The notes under the pieces were generated by a model that saw nothing but the letters and a program-made list of their open reading frames with translations, made no database searches and had not been told where the DNA came from. A program made the translations under genes and the position numbers. From positions 62,001 to 126,000 of the IMG/VR virus record IMGVR_UViG_3300046543_000266: a DNA stretch of 64,000 nt; one strand, given 5' to 3'. Of this stretch, positions 43,455 to 53,214 are shown piece after piece. The stretch's first letter is position 1. Each line of letters begins with the position of its first letter.

Positions 43455-44584
43455 GCCGCGATCTCCTTGATCAGATAGTAGAGCTCGGACGACAGCAACT
43501 CTGTGGCCGGAACTTGGAACTGCGTGGCTTGCGACTGGATGCGGACGATCCTGGCGTTGACCGCAGCCAACGTACCCAACGTCAGCTTCTGCTCTTTCGT
43601 TGCTGCCATCACTTCACGCGCGGCCGCACTCGCCCACACCTTCGGATGACGCGCGCCATTGAGCACGGCGTTGTTCAGCATGTACGAGCTGATGTAGCCG
43701 AGCTTCTTGACGAACATGAACTGGTCCGACACGTCGAGTAGCGCCTTCACGACCTGAGCATACTTCAGATTGTAGACGCCGGACATCACTGCGGCAGCCA
43801 GCTTGTCGTCCGACGATTCGGTGCTCGACAGGACCGTGGACAACTGCTCCTTGGTCAGCAACTCCGGCTTGTCCTTCATGCCGTCGTAATACTGCTGAGC
43901 CGACTGCATCAGGTTGGCGAGCGTTCGCATTTCCTGATTGGAGTTCTTGACGATGGTCTTCAGCAGCGCCTTGTCTTCGGTGAGCAGATAGTTCATGCCC
44001 TCACCCTTGGCGATACGCACGGCTTGCTTCAGCAGATCGACGTTGGAATGCGGCTCCAACACAAACTGCGTGCATCGCGACAGGATAGCCTTGCCTACCG
44101 TAGAGCTGAACTTGGCGGGCTCCATCGAACAGATGATGAACATCGTGTCTTTCGAGGGCTCTTCTAATGTCTTCAGCAGGGTTTGTGCTGCGGCATTGTT
44201 GCTCACCAGCTGATGCGCTTCGTCGATCATGATGATGCGCTTCTTCAACATAGGCTTGAACTTCGAGACCTTGATGAGCTCGCGCACATCGTCGATGCCT
44301 CGCTCGTCAGCCGCGTTGATCTCACGGAAATCTTGCTGCTGATTGTGAGGCTTGCCGTTGATCTCGTTGGCCAGGATGCGAGCAAACGTGGTCTTGCCAG
44401 CCGACGGCGGGCCAAAGAAGGCAATGGCCGATGGGATCTTCCCGCCTTCGAGGATACCGCGCAGACGGGTGGTTGCTGCTTCCTGACCGATCACACGATC
44501 CAGCGACGTCGGACGATACTTGGTGTGGAGTGCGTTCTGATCGAGCTCGACGGCTGTGGGAGTGGGTGCTTTCTTGGTTGCCAT
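43451..44584 (-). CDS. dnaX: clamp loader, DnaX (gamma/tau)/RFC-like AAA+ ATPase
   Basis: LHTKYRP..LD.VIGQ, GPPSAGKTT, EINAADERGIDDVR, IDEAH, LLKTLEEP, ILSRC. Confidence 0.9.
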   Translation of the reverse strand: MATKKAPTPTAVELDQNALHTKYRPTSLDRVIGQEAATTRLRGILEGGKIPSAIAFFGPPSAGKTTFARILANEINGKPHNQQQDFREINAADERGIDDVRELIKVSKFKPMLKKRIIMIDEAHQLVSNNAAAQTLLKTLEEPSKDTMFIICSMEPAKFSSTVGKAILSRCTQFVLEPHSNVDLLKQAVRIAKGEGMNYLLTEDKALLKTIVKNSNQEMRTLANLMQSAQQYYDGMKDKPELLTKEQLSTVLSSTESSDDKLAAAVMSGVYNLKYAQVVKALLDVSDQFMFVKKLGYISSYMLNNAVLNGARHPKVWASAAAREVMAATKEQKLTLGTLAAVNARIVRIQSQATQFQVPATELLSSELYYLIKEIAA

Positions 44585-44603
44585 TGTGTCGGTTGGTTAT
44601 TAG

Positions 44604-44891
44604 TTAGGCCAGGACTTCGATCACTGCGTTCGCCGCCGGAGCGTTGTCGAACAAGCGCGAGAAGAAGCCTTGTCGATTGGTTGCCTCGTCGAGTGACTTC
44701 GAGAAGGTGTGTGCCGCGAGATACATCGCATACGGATGTGCGAACGTCAGCGACAGTGCCTTGCCATTACGATCGTGACGAGCGCGGAAGGGCTTACCAG
44801 TTTCGGCTTGAACGACCAGTAACTTGTCGAGGATCTCGGGATGGTAGTGCAGGAAGGTGCGGCAGCGATTACCACGGGATGCGAGCTTCAT
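44604..44891 (-). CDS. hypothetical protein
   Basis: Operon packing; GGAG RBS. Confidence 0.6.
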   Translation of the reverse strand: MKLASRGNRCRTFLHYHPEILDKLLVVQAETGKPFRARHDRNGKALSLTFAHPYAMYLAAHTFSKSLDEATNRQGFFSRLFDNAPAANAVIEVLA

Positions 44892-44897
44892 GATGGA

Positions 44898-45098
44898 TTA
44901 CTCCGGTCGAGTGAATTCGCGCTTCAGCCAGATCTGCACGCCCGGCTTGTGATTGCCGGTTGCCAGCGGTTGAGCAGGACGGCGCGTGACTTCGAAGTTC
45001 AGACCCACGCTATTGGCGAACGCGACTAGCTGTTCTACCTTGTACGTGATGATCTCGCAGTACTCTTCCATCTGTTCGGGAGTGGGTTTGATTGCCAT
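44898..45098 (-). CDS. hypothetical protein
   Basis: Start MAIKPTPEQ after AGGAAG. Confidence 0.55.
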   Translation of the reverse strand: MAIKPTPEQMEEYCEIITYKVEQLVAFANSVGLNFEVTRRPAQPLATGNHKPGVQIWLKREFTRPE

Positions 45099-45099
45099 G

Positions 45100-45363
45100 T
45101 TAGTCTTCCTTATTCCATCGATCATGTTCGTTGTTGAGATACCGGACAACTGCTTTGGCACAGCGATTGTACATTTCGGTACGGACCTCTGCTACGTCGT
45201 CACCTTCTTGCAGTGTGTACGTCTCCGACACGCTGACTACCACCGGTTCGAACTGGACAACTTGAAGCGTCTTCTGCACCGACACGGTAACGCTGTCAGG
45301 CTGCCTTTCGCTTGTGGGTTGTCGCTTCTTCGTCTTCGTCTTGAGGCCGATTGGATTCACCAT
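45100..45363 (-). CDS. hypothetical protein
   Basis: Start MVNPIG with GGAG upstream; overlaps previous ORF. Confidence 0.5.
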   Translation of the reverse strand: MVNPIGLKTKTKKRQPTSERQPDSVTVSVQKTLQVVQFEPVVVSVSETYTLQEGDDVAEVRTEMYNRCAKAVVRYLNNEHDRWNKED

Positions 45364-45520
45364 TTGAATATCGCTCCATGAACTGTTGGAATTCGTCTTT
45401 CCATCGTGTTTCAGGTAGGAACTTGGTCCGGGCTTTACCTGTCTTAACCAGATGAAGCCAGTGGTGCTCGAAGTCCTTGAGTATCTGAACCTGATCAGCA
45501 ATGAATTCGTCTAACTTCAT
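45296..45520 (-). CDS. hypothetical protein
   Basis: GAGGT RBS directly after the GTAAATAA motif. Confidence 0.55.
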   Translation of the reverse strand: MKLDEFIADQVQILKDFEHHWLHLVKTGKARTKFLPETRWKDEFQQFMERYSNGESNRPQDEDEEATTHKRKAA

Positions 45521-45529
45521 TGACACCTC

Positions 45530-45537
45530 TTATTTAC
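45530..45537 (-). promoter_or_regulatory. GTAAATAA promoter motif
   Basis: Directly upstream of RBS of 45520. Confidence 0.55.
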
Positions 45538-45562
45538 TGTTGATGATTTAGTCGACAAAATA

Positions 45563-46495
45563 TTAAGCTGCAATCTTCAGTTTTGCCCTCTTCTTGGCTT
45601 GTTCTGCCATTCCACGCTCTGCGAGCTCTCGGAGGGGTAGGTGTCCTGCTTGTTTGCCGAGTTTGTAGGCGTGCTTGATCTTGTCCTTCAGGGAAGATTC
45701 AGACAATTTACAAGTTTGGCAGTACGGATTGGCACATCGACCCCAGTCACGAAGAGCCAGTGCTTCACGCAACGATCCAGCGTCGAGAGTTGCACGATGT
45801 GCCTTCTTGTACTTGGACAGCCGAATCTTCACCCTGCGGCGCATGTCGTCGGTCATCGGACGCGCCCACACAACCGGATCCTTCTTCGGGTTGTCACGCA
45901 AGATGAATGCGTCCATGATACCCTCGATCTTGATTCCGTACTGAAGTTCCAGCAACACACCGTAGACTTCGATCTGCTCGATGTACACAATCCCAGGATT
46001 CTTTTTCTTCGAGGCAGCACCGGCGACGCTGGTTGTCTTGAAGTCGAGAATCCACAGTTTGCCTTTCTTGTCGCGATAGATAGCGTCGATGTGACCCTTC
46101 ACGCCTTTGTAGTCGATGAGAGCTTCGTGATACTGCGTCGGCACATCGCAGCATTCATACTTGTAGGACATGCGATGCCACGTCCCACATTCCTTGCAGT
46201 GGTAGTCGGCAAGCAGACGGCCGCTACGACACAAGAAGTTCTGAAGCACTTCGTGGACGGTGGTGCCGACGCTAGTGTAGTAAGCGCCCGCCATGTCGAG
46301 GTGACCGGTGAGTCCGCGCATCGCATGGTTGACGAAGAACTGGACAGCACAGAAGGGCATCTGTGAAGGTCGAAGATACAAGAGTCGCGTTGGGTCTGAC
46401 TTCCCGACCACGATCTGATGTTCCATAGTGTTGCGATACACCTGTACGAAATCTGCAGATATGTTGTGGCTACTCAGAGGCTTTAGGATTTCCAT
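45563..46495 (-). CDS. Cas4-like PD-(D/E)XK exonuclease
   Basis: GTTVHE, VKGHIDAIY, ILDFKT, QIEVY; N-terminal Cys (MPFC) plus C-terminal CANPYCQTC (Fe-S staple pattern). Confidence 0.75.
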   Translation of the reverse strand: MEILKPLSSHNISADFVQVYRNTMEHQIVVGKSDPTRLLYLRPSQMPFCAVQFFVNHAMRGLTGHLDMAGAYYTSVGTTVHEVLQNFLCRSGRLLADYHCKECGTWHRMSYKYECCDVPTQYHEALIDYKGVKGHIDAIYRDKKGKLWILDFKTTSVAGAASKKKNPGIVYIEQIEVYGVLLELQYGIKIEGIMDAFILRDNPKKDPVVWARPMTDDMRRRVKIRLSKYKKAHRATLDAGSLREALALRDWGRCANPYCQTCKLSESSLKDKIKHAYKLGKQAGHLPLRELAERGMAEQAKKRAKLKIAA

Positions 46496-46536
46496 GCAGG
46501 TCTATTCCGTTTGATTTATGCCTGGACCAATTGGCT

Positions 46537-46543
46537 AATTTTA
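46537..46543 (+). promoter_or_regulatory. AATTTTA late-type promoter motif
   Basis: Intergenic, upstream of tail-fibre ATG 46587. Confidence 0.6.
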
Positions 46544-46586
46544 CACAGTACGAGATGTCCATAATCAAATTCGCAAGGACGAAAAC

Positions 46587-48878
46587 ATGAACGTTCAAAT
46601 CACGAACGCTGGTGCAGCACTGCTCGCGGCGAACAGTGGTCCCATCACGCTCACATCATACAAACTCGGTTCGGCATACGGATACGTACCTGCGTTGGGC
46701 GACACTGGCATTCACGGGACGCTCGTCTATCAGGGTGTGCCCTCGGCACCGGTTGCCAGTAACGCCAACGTCGTCAAGTACAGTGCGTACCTCGACTACG
46801 ATCTCGGCTCGTTCGCCTTTGGTGAGATCGGCTTCTACACGAGCACTGGAGTGCTGTTCGCACTCGGATGTGGTAACGAACTTATTTACAAGCTGGCGCT
46901 GACGTCGATTGCCGCTGGCAACAGCATCCGCCTCGACATGTACCTGTCGATGGTCGGCACCAACTACGAGATGTGGTTGGACTTGGCTGAATCGAACAAT
47001 GAGTTCCGCATGGCGGTTCTCGGAAGCGTCGATCAGATTCCCCCGCCGCAGAACGCAACGCCGAACGCGTACATCATCAGCGGCGCGGCTGGCAATCAGT
47101 CGGCGTTCATGGCCTACACTGACCGCAGCGGTATGTGGGGCTTCGATGCCTATGAGTTCGCCAATCAGGCAAGCGCTACGATCACGGCGCGGGACAGCAT
47201 GTCGGTGACCATCGCACTGGCCGACTACGTTCCGGGTATGAGCCCGTCGTACTTCGGTCAGATCATCCTGGAGTTCTCGACGGGTGCTCTGTTCGGTATC
47301 TGCCGTTACGTCAAGACTGCGGTGATCAGCGGCGGTACGGTGACTCTCGGGTTCAACAATCCGTTGATGATCCTCCCGACGGTTGGCGACAAGTTCGTAG
47401 TGTTCGGCCGTCAAGCGCTGTCCACTACGATCCCGGGCATTCCCATCGCCAGCGACACGCGTCTGGGTGCAGTCATTGTTGGCAACACGCTGACGGTCGA
47501 TGCGTCTGGTCTGATCAACGTGAAGACCTCGTCGTACCCGGTGTCTAGCGTCAACAACAAGACTGGCGACGTTCATCTGGTGGCTGGTGATATCCCAGGC
47601 TTTGCCGCGGTCGCTACGTCGGGCAACTACAACGACCTGTCCAACCGTCCGGCAGTGTACAGTCTTCCCATCGCGGACACCAGCACGCTCGGTGGTGTGA
47701 AAGAACCGACGACCGGCAACATCGCGATCGCTGGTGACGGTACGATTGATCTGACGTACATCCCAGTCAAGACGGTGAACGGTGTAACGCCGGACGCTGG
47801 AACGGGTAACGTGGACGTTGTCTACAATCTGCCGGTAGCATCGATGTCCACGCTTGGTGGCGTGAAGTCGTCGTCGGACATCACGGTTAGCGAGGATGGT
47901 ACGCTCGGTCTGGGCTTTGCCAAGGTGTTGACGGTCAACGGCGGAGCACCTGATGGAAGCGGTAACGTAACCGTGACGATCCCGCCGGTCATCGGTCTGG
48001 TTGCTCCGGCGAAGCTGGCGAGCTTGAACCTCAACACGGTACAAACGGCCGGTCTATACTTCGTGCTGGATTCGGACGCAGCGTCGGTTGTCAACCTGCC
48101 GAGCGCTTCGGGTGGCACGCTGGACGTTGAACCGCTGACGACCACGGCTTCTGGCGGCGACGTCATGCAGCGCTATCAGACGGCGACCAGTCTGTACTTC
48201 CGTCGTTACACTCAGACACTCAACACGTGGAGCACATGGGTTGCAGTGACGACAACGGCAAGCCTTCCGCTGGCAACTACCTCGTCGGTCGGTGTAGTGA
48301 AGGTTGGAAGCGGTCTGTCGGTGGACGGTACGGGTAACCTGACGGCTAACGTAGCGTCGGTCAACGGTCACTCCAACACCAACATCACGCTGAACGCAGC
48401 TGACGTCGGTGCGGTGGATGCCAACACAGTTGGAATGCCGGGCGGAGTTGCTCAGCTGGACAACACGGTGGTCACGCCAATCCCGGCAACGGACCCGTTC
48501 ACCTACGGTCGCCTGCCGTTCAACCAGAACACACTCGGTGTGTGGTGGAACGCTGGTCTGTGGGATGCCAACGCCAATCACGTTCACCAGACGGCAGTTG
48601 CTGGAACCACGCCGGATACGTCGACGTCGTTGCTGGCTAACGGACAGCAGATCATCGACATCACGTATGGTGGTTACATCACGGACAGCGGAGCAGCTCC
48701 GAACTACCAGACGGTAAGCGCGGAAGGCAACGTGTACCGCGTGACGGTTGCAGGCACCACGTCGCTGGACGGCATAGCGCAGTGGGATGTGGGTGATCTG
48801 GTGGTCGCCGTTGCTGGCAAGTGGACGAAGGTCACGGTGAACTTCTCGAACATCGTGATGGGCGCCGGTACATTCTAA
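46587..48878 (+). CDS. tail fibre / tail-collar fibre protein
   Basis: N-terminus ITNAGAALLAA...ITLTSYKLG (collar-fibre baseplate anchor); repeated LP.A....LGGVK and V..VNG..PD..GNV fibre modules. Confidence 0.8.
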   Translation: MNVQITNAGAALLAANSGPITLTSYKLGSAYGYVPALGDTGIHGTLVYQGVPSAPVASNANVVKYSAYLDYDLGSFAFGEIGFYTSTGVLFALGCGNELIYKLALTSIAAGNSIRLDMYLSMVGTNYEMWLDLAESNNEFRMAVLGSVDQIPPPQNATPNAYIISGAAGNQSAFMAYTDRSGMWGFDAYEFANQASATITARDSMSVTIALADYVPGMSPSYFGQIILEFSTGALFGICRYVKTAVISGGTVTLGFNNPLMILPTVGDKFVVFGRQALSTTIPGIPIASDTRLGAVIVGNTLTVDASGLINVKTSSYPVSSVNNKTGDVHLVAGDIPGFAAVATSGNYNDLSNRPAVYSLPIADTSTLGGVKEPTTGNIAIAGDGTIDLTYIPVKTVNGVTPDAGTGNVDVVYNLPVASMSTLGGVKSSSDITVSEDGTLGLGFAKVLTVNGGAPDGSGNVTVTIPPVIGLVAPAKLASLNLNTVQTAGLYFVLDSDAASVVNLPSASGGTLDVEPLTTTASGGDVMQRYQTATSLYFRRYTQTLNTWSTWVAVTTTASLPLATTSSVGVVKVGSGLSVDGTGNLTANVASVNGHSNTNITLNAADVGAVDANTVGMPGGVAQLDNTVVTPIPATDPFTYGRLPFNQNTLGVWWNAGLWDANANHVHQTAVAGTTPDTSTSLLANGQQIIDITYGGYITDSGAAPNYQTVSAEGNVYRVTVAGTTSLDGIAQWDVGDLVVAVAGKWTKVTVNFSNIVMGAGTF

Positions 48879-48888
48879 GGACACAAGA

Positions 48889-49536
48889 ATGGCAAAGATT
48901 CAGCATCTCTATTCAACGACTCCGGGTAATGTTCCCGGGTCGTTGGTGCGGGGTCAGGTAGCCATCAACATCCCGGACAAGATCGTGTACGCTAACGATC
49001 CGTTCGGGAATGTGGCACCGATCTCGAACGGTAATCCGGGAGTCGCCAACGCTGGTTCATTGGTTGGCTCCCACATCCCGGTTCAGTTCCATCCGGTCGC
49101 GCAGTTCGGTGTTGGAATGACGGAAGCGCAACTCACCGCGCTGTTCACCGACAACGGTACGACTGCGACTTTGCAGCCTGTGAAGGTGTTTGCATTGGGA
49201 CGCGTCTGGTACACTCCAGTACTGACGTGTCCGCATGTGAGCGCAGGTGCGTATCAGCTGAACCTGAACGCTTCGGCACGTACCGTCTCGATCTCGGGCC
49301 TGACCCTCCCGCACACTGGCAGTGGCAGCGTCAACGTTTCCACGAGCTCATGCAATCTGGTGTTCTACTCGGACAGCCATATCTATCCGTGGTTCTACCT
49401 ACCGGAAAGCTATGGGGCGGCAAACAGTGCGGCTACTCTGTACCGCATTTCACCGTATCCGACCTTCGGGGCTATCCCAGTCTCGACCGGATTCGCAGGG
49501 GCTAACGCCGCTACCTATTGGGGACACTACCCATGA
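48889..49536 (+). CDS. tail-associated protein
   Basis: N-terminal STTPGNVPGSLVRGQVAINIPDKIVY (fibre-type motif). Confidence 0.6.
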   Translation: MAKIQHLYSTTPGNVPGSLVRGQVAINIPDKIVYANDPFGNVAPISNGNPGVANAGSLVGSHIPVQFHPVAQFGVGMTEAQLTALFTDNGTTATLQPVKVFALGRVWYTPVLTCPHVSAGAYQLNLNASARTVSISGLTLPHTGSGSVNVSTSSCNLVFYSDSHIYPWFYLPESYGAANSAATLYRISPYPTFGAIPVSTGFAGANAATYWGHYP

Positions 49537-50144
49537 TCTTTAAACATCTGGTTCCCCTCAGCACGTTCGGTATCAGCCCGGCTCTGTCGTCGGTACAGGG
49601 TTCGCTGATCGTGCAAGACGCCGAGCGTGCTATCTACGCACAGGTATCCGCCAGTCCTACTCCGGCAACGAAGGTCGGCTTCATCCCTGCGACGTCAGAT
49701 GGGTTTGGCGGCATCACGCAGTTGGCCCGCGACCTAGACGTGCGCTGCTACTCGCAGATGACGGCAATCGGCGGATTCAGTACCGCTCTGGTAGGCACCA
49801 CGCTCACGGTGTATTACCCGAACACCGATGTGATGTGGGACGGAGTGGTGCGCACGCTGGCGATCGGCTCGATCAGTGGCACGGTATCCACTGGGACATA
49901 CAGTCTCGTCGTGGGTTACAACTGGGGATTGACGCAAGTCCAGCTGCTCCCAACCGCATCGGTCACGTCCAACGGTGCTTACGTAGAACTCTGCCAGATT
50001 GCTGTGAACACCACGACGGTATCTGCAGTGGTATCACCGGGGCGGATCAACACGAAGTTCCTGCAGACGTATGTGGTGCGCGGCGACACTTCCACGGCGT
50101 ACAGCATCTCAGTGTCCGACGGCAGCGGTAACATCACATGGTGA
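49533..50144 (+). CDS. tail-associated protein
   Basis: ATGA-coupled, beta-rich. Confidence 0.55.
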   Translation: MIFKHLVPLSTFGISPALSSVQGSLIVQDAERAIYAQVSASPTPATKVGFIPATSDGFGGITQLARDLDVRCYSQMTAIGGFSTALVGTTLTVYYPNTDVMWDGVVRTLAIGSISGTVSTGTYSLVVGYNWGLTQVQLLPTASVTSNGAYVELCQIAVNTTTVSAVVSPGRINTKFLQTYVVRGDTSTAYSISVSDGSGNITW

Positions 50145-50148
50145 TTAC

Positions 50149-53100
50149 ATGACACAATACAAATATCAAACCAACTCTTCCCTGTTGATCGAGGGTGAGC
50201 TCGGTGTGACTGGCGGTCAACTGCTGACGAAGGACGGGTCGAACAACGTCGTGGTTGTCGGCAATCCGACGGGCAGCACCGCAGTATCCGACCTCACTCC
50301 TAGCTACGCCGAAGAGGCGATGGACATCTCGACGGCCAAGACACTCGGCACCGGCTTCGTGTTCCTGAACGGTACGTCCTTCGACGCGATGGGTAGCTCG
50401 GACTATGAGTTCGAGGAACCCGACGGTCGAGTGTTCGGCCTGTACGGTCGCACCGACGGCATGGGACAGCAGATCTATTACGCTGGAGCCGCCAACAATC
50501 AGCAGGATTTGCAGTTCACGACCGTTCCGTATGTGCCGCCCTTCCTGTCCAGCTCCGTGTGGCAAGTCGCAGCGGTGTGCGGTGGCGACGTGTACGGATT
50601 CACGGTGGCATTGCGCGATACCAGCGGCGTGTCACTCGGCTTGCGCTATCTGTACATCAAGCATGGCGGAACGCTCATCAACACGGCAGGTCATCAGTAC
50701 GTGGAGATCACGCAGTTGGTGAACTCGTACGCCACGACTGCGGCGATGGACGCTGGCACCATTCCACGGGTCGTCCGCGTTGGCGCGTACTTCTTCATCG
50801 CGGCGTCGTCATGGACACAAGCGAAGGTGTGGATCGGCGGCTGGAACGCACAGGACGGGACGTACCCGTTCTCGACCTCTGCACTCGCAGGATCGGCACC
50901 GTCATACGCACCGACTACGTTCACAATCCAGACAGTCAACTGGCCGGGAACGTCGGGAACGTCAACCGCAGCACAGATTCCGGTGGTGCTCGGCAACTCG
51001 TTGGGTGGCAATCAGCATTGCAGTCAGATGTTCCGTATCCTGGACGTGACGACCAATACGCTGACCCAACCGGTCAACGGTAACTATCCGCTGCCTCCTA
51101 TTGTGCAGTGGGTCACATCGTCGCCGGTGTATCTGGACGGTGAGGTCGACGGGTCGGGTAACGTGTTCCTGGCGTTCGGCACACAAGGTCAAGCAGCGGA
51201 TTCGAATGCCAACAGCGGTTTGTTCCAGTTGGTGTATTCACTGAGCGTTCAGTTCACGGCCGGTTCCGCAGGTTCGTACACCAATGCGCAGCTGACTTAC
51301 AACACGCCCGGAACCAACGGCACAGATCTGCTGCACTGTCAGCCGTGGCCGTTCGTCGTTAGCTATAATGCCTACGACGCGTTGCCGAACGAAGCAGTCA
51401 ACTCGAACGCTGGAGTTCCCTCCACGTGCGTGAACAAGCTGCCGATCGCGAGTGCGTGGCTCGGGTACACCGCGAACGGCGGTGGTGGAACCGGAATGAC
51501 ATTCAACTGGTTCTACAGCGGATACGGATCGATCGTGCGATGTGGTGGTAACGTGTTGGTCCGTGGCAAGGCCAAGATGCAGAGTGGTGCGAATCTCGGA
51601 AGTGCTGCGGCAACACAGCTGAACAAGCTGGCGACCATCTATCCGATGTTCAACGTGAATCCGCGTGCGAACCTGAGTACTACGAGCGGGACGCCGTCCA
51701 GTCTAGCCAAGGTGCAGCCTTCCGGTGTGTTGACTACGATCTTCAGTGGTATGATGATCGCGGCAGATACGATCCTGAGTACTGGACTCGACATCAACCG
51801 TAGGGGTGTATGGACGGTATCCAAGCTTCCATCGAACGCAACGCTGAGTGCGTCGTACAATCGAGGCGGTACGCTTGTTCCGGGTATGCCAGCGCGTGTT
51901 GCTGAATATCCGACTACGCTGTCTACAGCTACCTACAGCTCGTTGTCCAGCATGGTGAACGTGTGGCCGGTTGGAATCTCGAACATCAAGAATCCGGTGA
52001 ACGTGTTCCTGCCTGCCTTGGCAACGTCGTCGATCAACTCACCGAATCCGAACAGCCAGAACATCGGCGTTGGTTCCTGGACGTTGAGTGGTGGATCGTA
52101 TGCACCTCCGTCGACTACATGGACGACGAGCTCCTCACTGAGCACTCAGTTGGCTGCGCTCAAGTCCAGCGTGTTTGCGGCGGCCCTGTCACCGTATCCG
52201 GATCGATTCGGCAACGCGATGGCTTGTGAAGTAGTTCCGCTGCTGAACAGTGCAGGCACCGGCGTCGCGGCCGCGCTCGGAGCGCTATGGGTTGTTGACG
52301 CAGTAGGTTCTTCTGGTACGTCGGTGCAGGTTTACTTCTTCACGACGCCCGCGACTATCAGTGGTGGCGTGTTCAGCTTGACCAACACTGCGTCGGTCAC
52401 GTTCCTCAACCGCTGTGTTGGTTCGGGGCTGCAAGGGATTCCGGGCACCAATCCGAACAACGATACGTATCCGGGCCGGCTCAATCACGTGTATCTGGAC
52501 GCAACCAATCAGTTGGTGCAGTGGACACCGGCGAACGGTCTACTGGTGAATGGTGATGACTGGACGTGTTGCCTTGTTGCCAAGCTGAGCGGCACGTCGG
52601 CTACGTCGTCAGCGTCGATCATCGCTTCGGTCAGTCGCGGCTTCTTCGGCGTACATCCGCAGACTCAGGGATTGTACTGGAGCCCGCAGTTCGGTGTATC
52701 CGAACCGCAAGCGGACATTCCGATCTCGCGATACAGTACGAGTGCAGTCAGCGTCGTGTCTGATTTCACTGCGGGTTTCACGCAAGCGATAACCGACATA
52801 ACCAATGCCGCTGGCGCTGGTTACGGTGGCAAGAATATCGCTGAGTTGATGACGTTGCAGGCTATCAACAACAATTTCTTGTTGCAGCTCGGGGCAGTGA
52901 ACGGCCGTTTGAATCACAAGCAATACAATCTGCCGTCCACGTTCCTGGACATGACGAGCTTTGCCGTCGGCACCTACTACCTGTATCTGACGGACACTGG
53001 GACTAGTGGAATTCAGTTGCAAGTGGACAGTGTCCAACGTGCGGAGACCGCGACCAACATGTACTTCGGGAAGTTTGATAGGACGTCTGGAGGCTTTGCC

Positions 53101-53214
53101 AACGAGACGTCGATCGCGGAGTGTCTGAGGTTTGGAACTGCACGGCTCGTTTCCGGTAGTGCTGGAGTGGCCGTGCAGGGATCGTCGATCCGGATTGGGT
53201 CGTACGTCGGCTGA
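50149..53214 (+). CDS. large tail/baseplate-associated protein
   Basis: 1021 aa Gly/Ser/Thr-rich beta protein in fibre cluster. Confidence 0.6.
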   Translation: MTQYKYQTNSSLLIEGELGVTGGQLLTKDGSNNVVVVGNPTGSTAVSDLTPSYAEEAMDISTAKTLGTGFVFLNGTSFDAMGSSDYEFEEPDGRVFGLYGRTDGMGQQIYYAGAANNQQDLQFTTVPYVPPFLSSSVWQVAAVCGGDVYGFTVALRDTSGVSLGLRYLYIKHGGTLINTAGHQYVEITQLVNSYATTAAMDAGTIPRVVRVGAYFFIAASSWTQAKVWIGGWNAQDGTYPFSTSALAGSAPSYAPTTFTIQTVNWPGTSGTSTAAQIPVVLGNSLGGNQHCSQMFRILDVTTNTLTQPVNGNYPLPPIVQWVTSSPVYLDGEVDGSGNVFLAFGTQGQAADSNANSGLFQLVYSLSVQFTAGSAGSYTNAQLTYNTPGTNGTDLLHCQPWPFVVSYNAYDALPNEAVNSNAGVPSTCVNKLPIASAWLGYTANGGGGTGMTFNWFYSGYGSIVRCGGNVLVRGKAKMQSGANLGSAAATQLNKLATIYPMFNVNPRANLSTTSGTPSSLAKVQPSGVLTTIFSGMMIAADTILSTGLDINRRGVWTVSKLPSNATLSASYNRGGTLVPGMPARVAEYPTTLSTATYSSLSSMVNVWPVGISNIKNPVNVFLPALATSSINSPNPNSQNIGVGSWTLSGGSYAPPSTTWTTSSSLSTQLAALKSSVFAAALSPYPDRFGNAMACEVVPLLNSAGTGVAAALGALWVVDAVGSSGTSVQVYFFTTPATISGGVFSLTNTASVTFLNRCVGSGLQGIPGTNPNNDTYPGRLNHVYLDATNQLVQWTPANGLLVNGDDWTCCLVAKLSGTSATSSASIIASVSRGFFGVHPQTQGLYWSPQFGVSEPQADIPISRYSTSAVSVVSDFTAGFTQAITDITNAAGAGYGGKNIAELMTLQAINNNFLLQLGAVNGRLNHKQYNLPSTFLDMTSFAVGTYYLYLTDTGTSGIQLQVDSVQRAETATNMYFGKFDRTSGGFANETSIAECLRFGTARLVSGSAGVAVQGSSIRIGSYVG

